From a virus: a stretch of DNA of 64,000 bases. The DNA lies in IMG/VR virus record IMGVR_UViG_3300010883_025067, positions 11,870 through 75,869 of that record; one strand, written 5' to 3'. Of this stretch, positions 19,001 through 27,653 are shown piece after piece; within the stretch, counting starts at the first letter, position 1; the number at the start of each line of letters is the position of its first letter. The position numbers and the translations under genes are program-made. The notes beneath the pieces were generated by a model. The model worked only from the letters and a program-made list of their open reading frames with translations, was not told the origin of the DNA and made no database searches.

Positions 19001-20312
19001 ATTTTTTAAAACCGCACCAGAAAGTGAATTAGCTGAGTTGCACTTTAGACAGAATGTTAGAGCGCTGCTATATGAGAATTCTGAAGCATATGAGAGCGCG
19101 AAATCATTCACTGAAAAGTCAAGAATCATCTTTAACATGTTTAAATCACCTGATTTTTTCGGAAGTGACATACAGAAAATAATCAATGTGTCAGGTGCAA
19201 ATAAGTTAGTCAGACTTGGCTTGGCACCAGGTGCAGATGATCGTCATGATATCAGTAAGATATTAAATCTTATGTATGATAGCTTATCACCTGATCGTAC
19301 GAGGGGTATCATCGAGCTTGCACCTGATGAGCATCCTAATCCCAGTAGCAAGTATCTCGCATATGTCATGCCTGATCTCGATGATCTCATGGTGATTTTT
19401 GGAATAGCCGGTGTCACCGGCGGCCAGCGCAAGGCTGGATATGTGTATGAGATCGATGTGGGTGAGAATCTTAAAGCAGCGGGAATCCAAGCACGAAGCG
19501 GAAAGGATAACTCTGTATCTGATGTCTATGTGCCCATGGTCAGCGGAATGCTTGGTATCGAGGTCAAGTTACCAAATGCTCAAGCTGGAGAGCCCACATT
19601 AAAGTATGACTTTGACAAGGGTGAATTCTTTGCTTCAAACCCTAAGCCGCAAAATCAGGATATTGCAGATCTTATAAATATGGATCCAACAGCACTTGAG
19701 GTGAATAGACGTCTGACACTTGTGAGAGATGTGATAAATGACTATCGGGCTGAGAATGACCTTCCTGAGATAGAGAGCATACTCGCTAAGATAAGCAAAA
19801 AGGAGTACAGGGATGTGGTGTTACCCGCTCTTCGAAGCAAGGGAGAGAATATTTCAGGTGCGTTGCTTGCTGTTTACACTGTTTCAGCAGATATACTTCG
19901 GAAATATTACATGCTTAAAAAAGCAGGTGTAGTCCAGGTGAAGGGAAAGGGATTATTTCACCTGCACCCAGACTTCAAGATAACGTTAACAGATGAGAGC
20001 GGCAACAGTAGATCATCAGAGTTTTTTGACTTCTCACCTGCGCAGGGTGCAGTTTACTTTAGAAATTTCAGAGGTGGGAACTATGGGATTAGATCGCAGC
20101 TCAAAAATTCACCACTGCGGAGATTAAAACAGTCTGGTATTGATCTTGATGCAGAGAGGGATCGCGATGAGTTTGCTAAGCTCGTGTCAACTTTAAATCT
20201 TCCAGATCCAATGTCAGTCGCTGCTGAGAGCTCTTCTGAGCCTACAAATGAGACTGCAATTGTGGCTCGGGCACTAAAGAGCTTAATTTTAAGGTACAAT
20301 GGAAGAGTCTGA
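16011..20312 (+). CDS. Multidomain polyprotein: HIGH-type cytidylyltransferase-like, ligase-like (DUF6267-like), Pol-beta NTase and PD-(D/E)xK nuclease-like domains
   Basis: GGGFKPFTTGH; EKMDGQ...EGIVF...YKL; VGST...GDIDLVV...FQVD; YE...SDVYV...IEVK; ATGA overlap with upstream gene gives start 16011. Confidence 0.7.
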   Translation: MKLGLYGGGFKPFTTGHFARLADAIHDNDKVYLFYGMQQVEPARYGKKGQQLKSKQKFRDIGKTGRMYDEKVAESIFQIYKTALERIPEVEVILVQSQARDEQGNLAAVRAPVTAIFKNLEEFVKNPDMYEKVTIYGDKSSMAPYMKSPKFKDLVRVGKLQFGGAIPENPEDYLDPDRLDRLMTRGEEEARDALKGYYADLEGEDRKELSDEDITQLQSVRGTRVRDLAASPETTEEAKRYLPPFLNSDEKDKIIQILLGSIDESLIKPAISEAVVKRAATKFSAIRLLSEQDDKSAVGPGEEAHIYNLYEELGMPLKDIIEIGHLGLKGKLENVQEKMDGQFLAFTVVDGQLRFFTKMDLQSQRAKDKRLESIRAGGPGGGMTLDQIMSAYTGDRSNIADGFAIAYEALEPVALPYQDSLFRNGEVVMASQIMVSKNPNTILYNKDSLRTVLAISLTGEPVNQDALSSFKSEMRDSSTDAFTMDEVPTASLMKGLDEDDSELEQLEKDLESVVAEVGLSISNNTVGDYVNARLEEFIREKYEFIPDDFVPGVADRFMTGKGRIALQLKKVVSPEEYQRFRSLDSVKTRVVQEAIVPLENIIQRLGIMIIDKLDLALQASNQEDLLGFVKDVRGEFESGFNFGLGSEDEKTLEGIRVALARLEANEDLFTRATEGIVFTHNNKTYKLTGLFTPINRLRGFFSYGKAKMPDRGESKDLSETVSKILMKILSEGGKAFKHKDEQGNEIVATSEDSISRQQADRIIQDLEKNLLEPLGIKFLPVGSTATDKQMIGDIDLVVSEPDKGTLYQKMLSAAYLSDELVEGVPRVLKVGQLVAIMVKDAETGQLFQVDLFPSSNMDDTSWELSGGGEGKVKGEYHKLMISLLAKIKGERESTPDRVVKYTVAFPGGLREKVNDIEDESGRIADPDDYLPKLGVQVEDKHSVKIFEDLVSHMVEADTSEFREALERFEEYIGNRLNAKSEKIKGEAQKTLDVINVAFFKTAPESELAELHFRQNVRALLYENSEAYESAKSFTEKSRIIFNMFKSPDFFGSDIQKIINVSGANKLVRLGLAPGADDRHDISKILNLMYDSLSPDRTRGIIELAPDEHPNPSSKYLAYVMPDLDDLMVIFGIAGVTGGQRKAGYVYEIDVGENLKAAGIQARSGKDNSVSDVYVPMVSGMLGIEVKLPNAQAGEPTLKYDFDKGEFFASNPKPQNQDIADLINMDPTALEVNRRLTLVRDVINDYRAENDLPEIESILAKISKKEYRDVVLPALRSKGENISGALLAVYTVSADILRKYYMLKKAGVVQVKGKGLFHLHPDFKITLTDESGNSRSSEFFDFSPAQGAVYFRNFRGGNYGIRSQLKNSPLRRLKQSGIDLDAERDRDEFAKLVSTLNLPDPMSVAAESSSEPTNETAIVARALKSLILRYNGRV

Positions 20313-20580
20313 TCAAGGAATGAATAGAATTTTAGAGCAGTTACACTTTGTTGCATCCTATGTTGGAGATTCCGATGATTGGGTGACTGTAAAGAAGGAG
20401 ATTCTTCGAGGAATACCCTCGCCGCTGCGCAAAAGATTCTCTCGTCGTGATTCGAGAACAAAGGAGCAGTGGTTGAATAATTTTGAGAAGGAGCTAATTA
20501 TTTACTATAAGGAGCAGACAGGTGTCGACCTAAAGCTTCGTACACTTGCAGAGAGAAGGGAGATGTTTGGTGTCCTCTGA
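20299..20580 (+). CDS. Hypothetical protein
   Basis: 93-aa ORF overlapping polyprotein stop. Confidence 0.6.
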   Translation: MEESDQGMNRILEQLHFVASYVGDSDDWVTVKKEILRGIPSPLRKRFSRRDSRTKEQWLNNFEKELIIYYKEQTGVDLKLRTLAERREMFGVL

Positions 20581-21340
20581 TCGTGAACAGATAAAGTATA
20601 TTGTGAGAAACCTCCTTAGTGAGAAAGTCGGTGATGTGGGTTTCAAGCTAGGCCAGCGTGGTCAGGAAAATAAATTTATGACATTTTTTGAGCTGTACGG
20701 ACAGGCTCCGGCTAAAAAACAATTACTTTTTTTCAGAATTCCACAGTCACTAAAAACATTTGTGGGAGCAGCCACGTATTTGACGCTGATTGGAGGAAAG
20801 GATGTTGATAGAAAATTGGCTCAACATCTCGGAGTTGGTAGCGGTGATTTTGCGGCAGATTTTTCAAAAATTCTAGTAGGTATTAAAGAAAAAGGGAATG
20901 CAGGATTTAAAGAGGTCTTTCCAACCGTAGCTAAGCATTTTGCAGAAGTGCCGGGACAGGAGGCTGAGAAACTGAGCATAGGAGATATTTCTGCTTTGAA
21001 GGAAAGTGTATCAAGTGACTTAGAGCGTGTCACGAGCAAATTGGGTGATATTGCAAATGCTAGTGATTTACAGGAAATTATCACTAAATACGGAAGCTTT
21101 GTCGGTGCTGATGTTGATATAAATGAAATCTCTGACTTTTTGGCAAAGCATAGCGCAGAGATAACAGGTGACTTAGCTGCTCTTGAAGATACACTGAGAA
21201 GAAAAGAAATTCCTGAATGGATCGATGACATGTTTGGAGAGTGGCGCCAGGGGTTTAATGATCTGATCAAAGACTTTCCAGAGCAAAAAGATAATATGAT
21301 GGAGATATTTGATCATGCTAGAGAAAAGCTTTCTCTCTAG
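20570..21340 (+). CDS. Hypothetical helical protein, putative internal virion protein
   Basis: IKYIVRNLLSE motif near the N-terminus; start uncertain. Confidence 0.5.
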   Translation: MSSDREQIKYIVRNLLSEKVGDVGFKLGQRGQENKFMTFFELYGQAPAKKQLLFFRIPQSLKTFVGAATYLTLIGGKDVDRKLAQHLGVGSGDFAADFSKILVGIKEKGNAGFKEVFPTVAKHFAEVPGQEAEKLSIGDISALKESVSSDLERVTSKLGDIANASDLQEIITKYGSFVGADVDINEISDFLAKHSAEITGDLAALEDTLRRKEIPEWIDDMFGEWRQGFNDLIKDFPEQKDNMMEIFDHAREKLSL

Positions 21341-21391
21341 CAACTATAAACGTTTCCATTTATAAATGGAATAATTCCGAGGTAGATAGGT

Positions 21392-21745
21392 GTGATGATG
21401 AGTGAAAGCAATTGGATTCCTGAGATTCTCTATGAGGAAAATTCAGACGGATCAACATCGAATATCCCGTTCGTTATCGTTCCAGTGGAAGAGGAGATGC
21501 CCTGTCTTCTCTACATGTTCGAATCTCGGGAAACGGGTGATTACGAACCGGGTCTTGAGGGAGAGGATGTTCCTGTGTCACAGTGGGATCTGCATCAGTA
21601 TGCAGACATGACTATTCTGAAGCAAAATTTGGATGGTTACACATTTGATCTCGTTAGAGTTGCACTAGGTTTGGAGCCTCTTGTCACAGCAGTTCAAAAG
21701 GGTCATGCAATTTCTTCTAAGATCAGGCAGAATTTAGATGATTAG
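21392..21745 (+). CDS. Hypothetical protein
   Basis: 117-aa ORF with RBS. Confidence 0.6.
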   Translation: MMMSESNWIPEILYEENSDGSTSNIPFVIVPVEEEMPCLLYMFESRETGDYEPGLEGEDVPVSQWDLHQYADMTILKQNLDGYTFDLVRVALGLEPLVTAVQKGHAISSKIRQNLDD

Positions 21746-21798
21746 TGAGGGATGTTTTTCTCAAAGCTAAATACTTAATCTATGCTGGAGGATAAACA

Positions 21799-22203
21799 AT
21801 GAACTTTGATATTAACAGACTTGCTAAGCTTGCCGGGTTGTCTAGAGATGAACAGGTTGGCATGTTGCAGGAAGCAGGTAATCGTAGCAAGCACGAAGAC
21901 CCAGGTCTAGAATCACATCTAGATGCTGAAGGTGGTGAGGATAATCTCAATGAGGATTCACAAGAAGGTGATGAGACGCTTGAGATAGACGATGGAGAGC
22001 TTAGTGAAGCAGTAGCACGATTTAAGCAGGAAAGGCTTGATGAGGCAAGACTTCGTGAGGCTGTGAGGGGAGAGATTCAAAGTATTCTAGACGATCTTGG
22101 TGTTTACAGATCTGATAGCTCTTGGGTCTATGGTGATGATCAACCTCAGAATAGCAGGAAAGGCATTGTTAATATGATGTTTCCAGGAGTAGGATTTAAG
22201 TAG
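21799..22203 (+). CDS. Acidic hypothetical protein, putative internal virion protein
   Basis: RLAKLAGL, MLQE, NLNE, RLREAVRGEI; ATACTTA and GGAGG upstream. Confidence 0.55.
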   Translation: MNFDINRLAKLAGLSRDEQVGMLQEAGNRSKHEDPGLESHLDAEGGEDNLNEDSQEGDETLEIDDGELSEAVARFKQERLDEARLREAVRGEIQSILDDLGVYRSDSSWVYGDDQPQNSRKGIVNMMFPGVGFK

Positions 22204-22221
22204 AGACTAGATTTCATCCAG

Positions 22222-22252
22222 CAAAAACAGCCCGCGATGCGGGCTGTTTTTG
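22222..22252. terminator. Bidirectional rho-independent terminator
   Basis: caaaaacagcccgc-gat-gcgggctgtttttg perfect inverted repeat with A/T tails. Confidence 0.85.
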
Positions 22253-22297
22253 TATATTGCTCAAGTTTTTGCTGTATAATCTGCTCAGGAGTAATGG

Positions 22298-22711
22298 ATG
22301 GGTTATCAGGTTGGGCAGGTTGTGTATCTTGTGTCTAAGAAAGACACTCGAATTTTTCCTGCAATGGTCATTGAGCAAATTTCACGCCGAACACTTGCAG
22401 GTGAGGAAGAATCATATATTATTGAGCTTCCTGATAAAAAAGCGAGTCGAGTTCCTCTTGAGAACATAGATGCAGAGATCTTTGTGTCGCTCGATCTGTT
22501 AAAAGCGCATCTCTTGAACGAGGCCACATCGACAATTGAAAAAGTTGTTGAAAATGCTGCAACTGTCCAGAAACGAGTATTTAAAAGTGAAGCAACAATT
22601 CAGGACTCAGTTTTACAGGATTCTGCTGATAGTGTTGAAATTGACATGGGTGATGGTGTGAAGGCAAGAGTGAATCTTGAAACTTTGGGCGATGTAAAGA
22701 TTGCTGAATAG
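22298..22711 (+). CDS. Hypothetical protein with N-terminal SH3/KOW-like module
   Basis: YQVGQVVYL; AGGAG RBS. Confidence 0.6.
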   Translation: MGYQVGQVVYLVSKKDTRIFPAMVIEQISRRTLAGEEESYIIELPDKKASRVPLENIDAEIFVSLDLLKAHLLNEATSTIEKVVENAATVQKRVFKSEATIQDSVLQDSADSVEIDMGDGVKARVNLETLGDVKIAE

Positions 22712-22716
22712 GAATA

Positions 22717-24327
22717 ATGATGCAAAATAGCTTTAAGATTGTTAGGTTTGATATTGATGCCAGAGAGGATCTGCTACGAGGAGTTAATATTTTAGCAGAT
22801 GCTGTAAGAATAACAATGGGACCTCGTGGTCGAAATGTTGTGATTGAGCAGCCGGGACAACATCCAATTCTAACCAAGGATGGTGTTACAGTTGCAAGGG
22901 CAGTTAATCTTAGAGATTCTTTTTCAAATCTAGGCGTTCAAATGATTAAGGAGGCTGCATCACGTACTGCTGATGTTGCCGGAGATGGCACAACAACAGC
23001 AACTGTGCTATCACAGGCAATTTATGCTGAAGGTTTAAAGATGCTTGCCGCTGGCTACTCTGCATCAATTATAAAAAAAGGAATAGACTTTGCAGTTCAC
23101 CAGGTCATTGAAAACTTAAAGAATATCTCTATTCCCGCTGCGGGTGATAATGAGATCAGGCAGATTGCAACAATTTCTGCAAACGGAGAAAAAGAGATAG
23201 GTGATCTAATATGCAAGGCAATTGAGTCAGTTGGAAAAGATGGTGTTGTGACAGTTGAGGAGGCCAAGGGATTCAATAGTAGCCTAACAATCGTTGAGGG
23301 AATGCAAGTTGAAAGAGGATACCTTTCTCCTTATTTTGTAACCAACCAGGACAAGATGACAGTAGAGCTTAACGATCCGTATATTCTTCTTTGCAACAAA
23401 AAGATAGACAGCATGAAGGAGATAACATTGTTACTAGAAAAGGTTCTGAATGAACAGCGTAGCTTACTTATTGTTGCAGATGACGTCGATGGAGATGCAC
23501 TTCAAGGTCTTGTAGTTAATAAAATGAAAGGGTCACTTAGGATTTGTGCTATCCGTGCTCCAGGGTTTGGTGAATCTCGCGTAAGCATGTTGCAGGACTT
23601 AGCTGTAACATTGAATGGAAGGGTATTTACTGCAGTGTCTGGAGAATCGCTAGAAGGAGTAGAGCTTAAAGATCTTGGTGCATGTAAGAAGGTGATAATA
23701 GGAAGAGGTACTTCCGTTTTCATAGGTGGGTTAGGATCACAAGAAGCAATCAGCGCAAGAGTTCTTGAATTGCAAAGTCAGATGGAGTCTGACAATGCTG
23801 ATGATGCTGAGGTTGATGCATTGCGACTTAGAATCTCAAAGCTAAGTGGTGGTGTTGCAATTTTACGCGTGGGCGGTGCAACAGAGTCTGAGTTGCGAGA
23901 AAGAAAGGATAGAGTGGATGATGCTCTTAGTGCAACTCGAGCAGCGATGCAGGAAGGAATTGTACCTGGAGGCGGCGTTGCCCTAGTCAGAGCGTCTGAA
24001 TTCAAGCTAGACAGATCAGAGAAGCTTGATTATGAGGTTGGAACTAATGTGGTTAAAAATGCGTGTCAAGCACCGTTACGACAGATAGTGGAAAATTCAG
24101 GTGGCACACCTGATCTCGTGCTGGCAAAGATCAAAAGAATGAAGACAAATCACGGATATAACGCACTGACTGATGAATACGGTGATATGCTTGTCATGGG
24201 AATCATCGATCCTCTTAAGGTTGTTAGAGCAGCACTTGAAAATGCAGCATCTGCTGCAGGCATGATGCTAACTGTTGGATGTGCAATGATTGATGACATA
24301 AGTGAAGAACAGGGTAACGATTTCTAG
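22717..24327 (+). CDS. groEL: Chaperonin GroEL (Cpn60)
   Basis: [48 protein letters not shown]. Confidence 0.97.
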   Translation: MMQNSFKIVRFDIDAREDLLRGVNILADAVRITMGPRGRNVVIEQPGQHPILTKDGVTVARAVNLRDSFSNLGVQMIKEAASRTADVAGDGTTTATVLSQAIYAEGLKMLAAGYSASIIKKGIDFAVHQVIENLKNISIPAAGDNEIRQIATISANGEKEIGDLICKAIESVGKDGVVTVEEAKGFNSSLTIVEGMQVERGYLSPYFVTNQDKMTVELNDPYILLCNKKIDSMKEITLLLEKVLNEQRSLLIVADDVDGDALQGLVVNKMKGSLRICAIRAPGFGESRVSMLQDLAVTLNGRVFTAVSGESLEGVELKDLGACKKVIIGRGTSVFIGGLGSQEAISARVLELQSQMESDNADDAEVDALRLRISKLSGGVAILRVGGATESELRERKDRVDDALSATRAAMQEGIVPGGGVALVRASEFKLDRSEKLDYEVGTNVVKNACQAPLRQIVENSGGTPDLVLAKIKRMKTNHGYNALTDEYGDMLVMGIIDPLKVVRAALENAASAAGMMLTVGCAMIDDISEEQGNDF

Positions 24328-24370
24328 CCTTTCATCTTTCCCTTGATATTTATGACTGGGATAGCACATT

Positions 24371-24751
24371 ATGTCGAAAGAGTCAAAATTTAGAATGATT
24401 GTGAGTCACATTCTTGAAGAGCAGGAAGAAATGCGGCTCAAAAGAGATCTTGTCAATGTCACATGCCTTTTGACGATGGTAACAGATGCTCATGTACCCG
24501 ACACACTTACTCGTATTCGAGTGTTGCCGACTGTTTCTGTTGTGGGTCAGAAGGAACCAGTACAAAGAACACCAAAGGGTAAGACCATGCTTGAAATTTA
24601 CGTCAAGTATCTACCAAGATCTGGTAGTAACTACAAAAATTTGCTATCTTTAAGCAAGCTCATCAGGAGATTACCTGGTGTGAAGATAGTTAGAATCTTG
24701 ACATTGGATGGCAGGAAAGTAACATTCAAAGGAAACCCAATCGTGGTGTGA
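24371..24751 (+). CDS. Hypothetical protein
   Basis: FRMIVSHILEE leader; ATATTTA upstream. Confidence 0.6.
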   Translation: MSKESKFRMIVSHILEEQEEMRLKRDLVNVTCLLTMVTDAHVPDTLTRIRVLPTVSVVGQKEPVQRTPKGKTMLEIYVKYLPRSGSNYKNLLSLSKLIRRLPGVKIVRILTLDGRKVTFKGNPIVV

Positions 24752-24984
24752 TGAAAAAGCCTAACGCCAGGACAGCAACGATAGTTGCAGCTTATCTGAC
24801 TGACTTACAATTGGGATTAAGATGGGCAAAGGCAAATAAAGTAATAAAGTCTGTAGGGATGATCAGAGAGATCGGTTTCAAGTCTGGAAAGCGTTATGCA
24901 GTTAAGGTTCGTGTAAGGACTAGCAAGAAAGACCTTCGAAATCTTATCAAGGATAAATTTGGAAGCTTCATAAGAGTTGTCTAA
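24748..24984 (+). CDS. Basic hypothetical protein
   Basis: GTGA overlap with previous gene. Confidence 0.55.
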   Translation: MMKKPNARTATIVAAYLTDLQLGLRWAKANKVIKSVGMIREIGFKSGKRYAVKVRVRTSKKDLRNLIKDKFGSFIRVV

Positions 24985-24987
24985 TAC

Positions 24988-25016
24988 GTGTAAACTTTGC
25001 TAATGTGTAGTAATAT
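24988..25016 (+). promoter_or_regulatory. Class-1 promoter
   Basis: gtgtaa-N17-taatat. Confidence 0.7.
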
Positions 25017-25043
25017 TAAACTGTATCTAGCAAGGAGCAATAA

Positions 25044-25268
25044 ATGAGAATGTATAGCTTTAATGAGCTTAGTAAGATGGATGAAAGTGATCTGTCTAGG
25101 GTTTATGCAAATTTTACACATAGACTTCGTAATAGTCGGCAGGGAGACTCTCGTAGTGAAATCGAGACAGAGCTTTGCTATGTTTATAGAGAGCTTGAAT
25201 TAAGAAGTTCTCGCAAGATTGCACACATAAATTATTTAGCTGCAAAGAATAATAGACAGTCTGCATAG
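25044..25268 (+). CDS. Hypothetical protein
   Basis: AAGGAG RBS, class-1 promoter upstream. Confidence 0.65.
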   Translation: MRMYSFNELSKMDESDLSRVYANFTHRLRNSRQGDSRSEIETELCYVYRELELRSSRKIAHINYLAAKNNRQSA

Positions 25269-25329
25269 TTTTTAGCCTATGGGCCTTTTCACATGTCTGT
25301 GTGTGTCTATATTACCATAGTCAAATGAC

Positions 25330-25358
25330 GTGCAAATAAAAAATAAATAGCGTAAAAT
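25330..25358 (+). promoter_or_regulatory. Class-1 promoter upstream of the sigma gene
   Basis: gtgcaa-N17-taaaat. Confidence 0.72.
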
Positions 25359-25389
25359 AAGATTATCCAACCAAAGAACAGGAACCATA

Positions 25390-26247
25390 ATGTCACAATC
25401 ACTTGATTCATATTTTAAAGATGTTTCTACAACAAATCTTCTTACACGTGAGCAGGAGGTAACTCTCTCACAAAGAATTGAAAAGGGAGATCAGGAAGCA
25501 AGAAGAATCATGATCGAGTCCAATTTACGGCTTGCCATCAGTATTGCTAAAAAATATTACAGAAGCGGATGCAGCATTGAGGATCTGATTCAAGAGTCAA
25601 ATATCGGACTGATGAAGGCAGTGGAAAAGTTTGACTGGCGCAGGGGATTTAAGTTCAGTACATACGCTAGCTGGTGGATTAAACAATCTGTTTGTCGTCA
25701 CATTGGAACAAGTAGAAATACTGTCAAAGTTCCTGCGCATACAGCATCACTAGCCTGGAAGATTCAAACTGTCTCGAAGGAATATGAGAAAGATCTAGAC
25801 CAAAAACCGAGCATCACTGAGTTGTCTGATATCTTAGGTGTATCTGAGAATATGATCAATGCCAGTCTTGCATCAATCAAGTTTCAGAATATGATTTCTA
25901 TTGACGGAACAATTGGAAATAAGGATGGTAATCGCTCTATTTCTGAAGTTGTCGCTGATTTTAACCAAGTTGATGTTGATGGTGAAATTGACAAAGAAAA
26001 GATGCTGCTTGTCGTACGTGACTGCTTACAAAAGCTCAGTTTGCGTGAGGAGCAAATTCTTCGCTTACGTTTTGGAATTTCAGAGAACTTTAGTGACACA
26101 AGTGATTTTGATCTGACAAAATCTGAAGTTAGAGAAATTTCAAAAAAAGCTAGAGCAATTTCAAAAGAAGCTAGAGCAATTTCAAAAGAAGCTAGAGCAA
26201 TTTCAAAAAAAGGAGAGAAAGTAAATGTCGATGCCAAAGGGATTTAA
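25390..26247 (+). CDS. RNA polymerase sigma70-family factor (regions 1.2-4.1; 4.2 HTH missing)
   Basis: LLTREQEV, ESNLRLAISIAKKY, DLIQESNIGLMKAVEKFDWRRGFKFSTYASWWIKQ, LSLREEQILRLRFGI. Confidence 0.92.
   Translation: MSQSLDSYFKDVSTTNLLTREQEVTLSQRIEKGDQEARRIMIESNLRLAISIAKKYYRSGCSIEDLIQESNIGLMKAVEKFDWRRGFKFSTYASWWIKQSVCRHIGTSRNTVKVPAHTASLAWKIQTVSKEYEKDLDQKPSITELSDILGVSENMINASLASIKFQNMISIDGTIGNKDGNRSISEVVADFNQVDVDGEIDKEKMLLVVRDCLQKLSLREEQILRLRFGISENFSDTSDFDLTKSEVREISKKARAISKEARAISKEARAISKKGEKVNVDAKGI
26130..26213 (+). repeat. 4 x 21-bp in-frame tandem repeat encoding (ARAISKE)n at the sigma C-terminus
   Basis: Unit tagagcaatttcaaaagaagc with 0-2 mismatches per copy. Confidence 0.9.
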
Positions 26248-26509
26248 GACAACACATGGATATGCAACAGTCAGGGCCAATGAAAGCGGCTTGGGTTATC
26301 GTGAGATAGCAGAGCACATGACAGAGAAAGGTGATAAGATGAATCACTCTACAGCTAGAAATATTTTTCTTTCAGCAATGTCTAAATTTGTATCAAACAC
26401 CTGCTCGCTGTATGATGTTCAACCAACCAGAGAGGATATCACCCGTATTTCTGCAGACCCAAGATTCCAGTCAGCAATCCTAGATATGATCAAGGACATG
26501 GATGCTTGA
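26225..26509 (+). CDS. HTH protein resembling sigma70 region 4.2
   Basis: GLGYREIAEHM...MNHSTARNIFLSAMSKF; own AGGAG RBS; overlaps sigma stop. Confidence 0.6.
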   Translation: MSMPKGFKTTHGYATVRANESGLGYREIAEHMTEKGDKMNHSTARNIFLSAMSKFVSNTCSLYDVQPTREDITRISADPRFQSAILDMIKDMDA

Positions 26510-26572
26510 ATATCTTAGTTATGATTGCCCACAATTACATAATTATTTCTGATGTGATATAAGGAGTTCGTC

Positions 26573-26962
26573 ATGGGAATGAGTTGGGATTTTTTTACTA
26601 AGAGAAGGCGGGTTGATCCTGGGACATTTATTAAGAAGCATAAGATCAGAACACATGATGATTTTGTGAGTGCTCTTGCTAGAAGGGGTATCTCACCTCC
26701 CGCGGAGGAGGTGATTTCTGCTTTGCTTTCAGAGCACGCTCTTGGAGAAACTGATCTTTGGGATGCTTTTCGTCCTGATGTGCCTAAAGTCTGGGATGAT
26801 TTTCGACCTGTAGTTCAAGAAGAACCTAAGAAAAAGTTAGAGTCATCAGATCCCATGAAGAAGGTGACGAAAACAGTGGAAAAGAAGGCAAAGACTAAAA
26901 CAGCAAAACAGTCGGAAAAGAGACTGAGAACATCCAGAAAAAAGACATCCACAGAAAGCTAA
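26573..26962 (+). CDS. Hypothetical protein with Lys-rich tail
   Basis: AAGGAG RBS; duplicated WDxFRP motif. Confidence 0.65.
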   Translation: MGMSWDFFTKRRRVDPGTFIKKHKIRTHDDFVSALARRGISPPAEEVISALLSEHALGETDLWDAFRPDVPKVWDDFRPVVQEEPKKKLESSDPMKKVTKTVEKKAKTKTAKQSEKRLRTSRKKTSTES

Positions 26963-26979
26963 CAGAGCTATGGGACGGG

Positions 26980-27648
26980 GTGTCACCTGGTTGGCGACAT
27001 ATTAAGCTTGCCGGTGACGCAGTTCGAAAGAAGAAGTACTACACACAAATGGCATTCCAGAAATGCTTAGACGTGTGTGATTTATCACGAGTGCATTCTG
27101 TTCTTGACTGGGGACCAGGATCAGGGTGGACGTCAGAAATGTTCTCTCCTGACACATCTATTCACTTTGTTGACGTGTCTAAGGAGGTGCTTGATGTTGC
27201 TACAAGATCAATTCCGCGTGCACAGACAGACCTTATCTCTGATAAGCCATCATTCAATAGTGTTATTAGAAGCTTGATTCAAAAACGCTTTGATATGATT
27301 ATCTCATTCTCTGTAATCTATCACTTTCCATCATTTGAATATTTTGAAGCGATCGCAACATGCTGGAGAATGATATCACCAGAGTACATCGTCATCAAAA
27401 CTATGATGTCAGACGTGAACACGTGGCAACGTTCGTGTTATAAAGAATATGTAGATTCAGAGAATTTTCTCAGAGGGTTGATCTTGTCAGAGTCAGATCT
27501 TACTGATCAATTTCCAGAGCACAAAGTAATATTTTGTGCTCGTGATATCGACGTAGTGCCTGGGATACTAGGTAGAAAGTCTAAGAAGATAACAGCACAA
27601 GGTATGCCTGAATACACATCTGTGCTTTATGTTTTTCGCAAGGTTTAA
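26980..27648 (+). CDS. Class I SAM-dependent methyltransferase
   Basis: VLDWGPGSG, FVDVS, FDMIISFSVIYHF. Confidence 0.85.
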   Translation: MSPGWRHIKLAGDAVRKKKYYTQMAFQKCLDVCDLSRVHSVLDWGPGSGWTSEMFSPDTSIHFVDVSKEVLDVATRSIPRAQTDLISDKPSFNSVIRSLIQKRFDMIISFSVIYHFPSFEYFEAIATCWRMISPEYIVIKTMMSDVNTWQRSCYKEYVDSENFLRGLILSESDLTDQFPEHKVIFCARDIDVVPGILGRKSKKITAQGMPEYTSVLYVFRKV

Positions 27649-27653
27649 TAAGA

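Noticed and set aside
26201-26227. Programmed frameshift at the A7 run fusing sigma to the HTH ORF
   Set aside because: The HTH frame has TAA at 26222-26224 immediately before its ATG, and it has its own RBS
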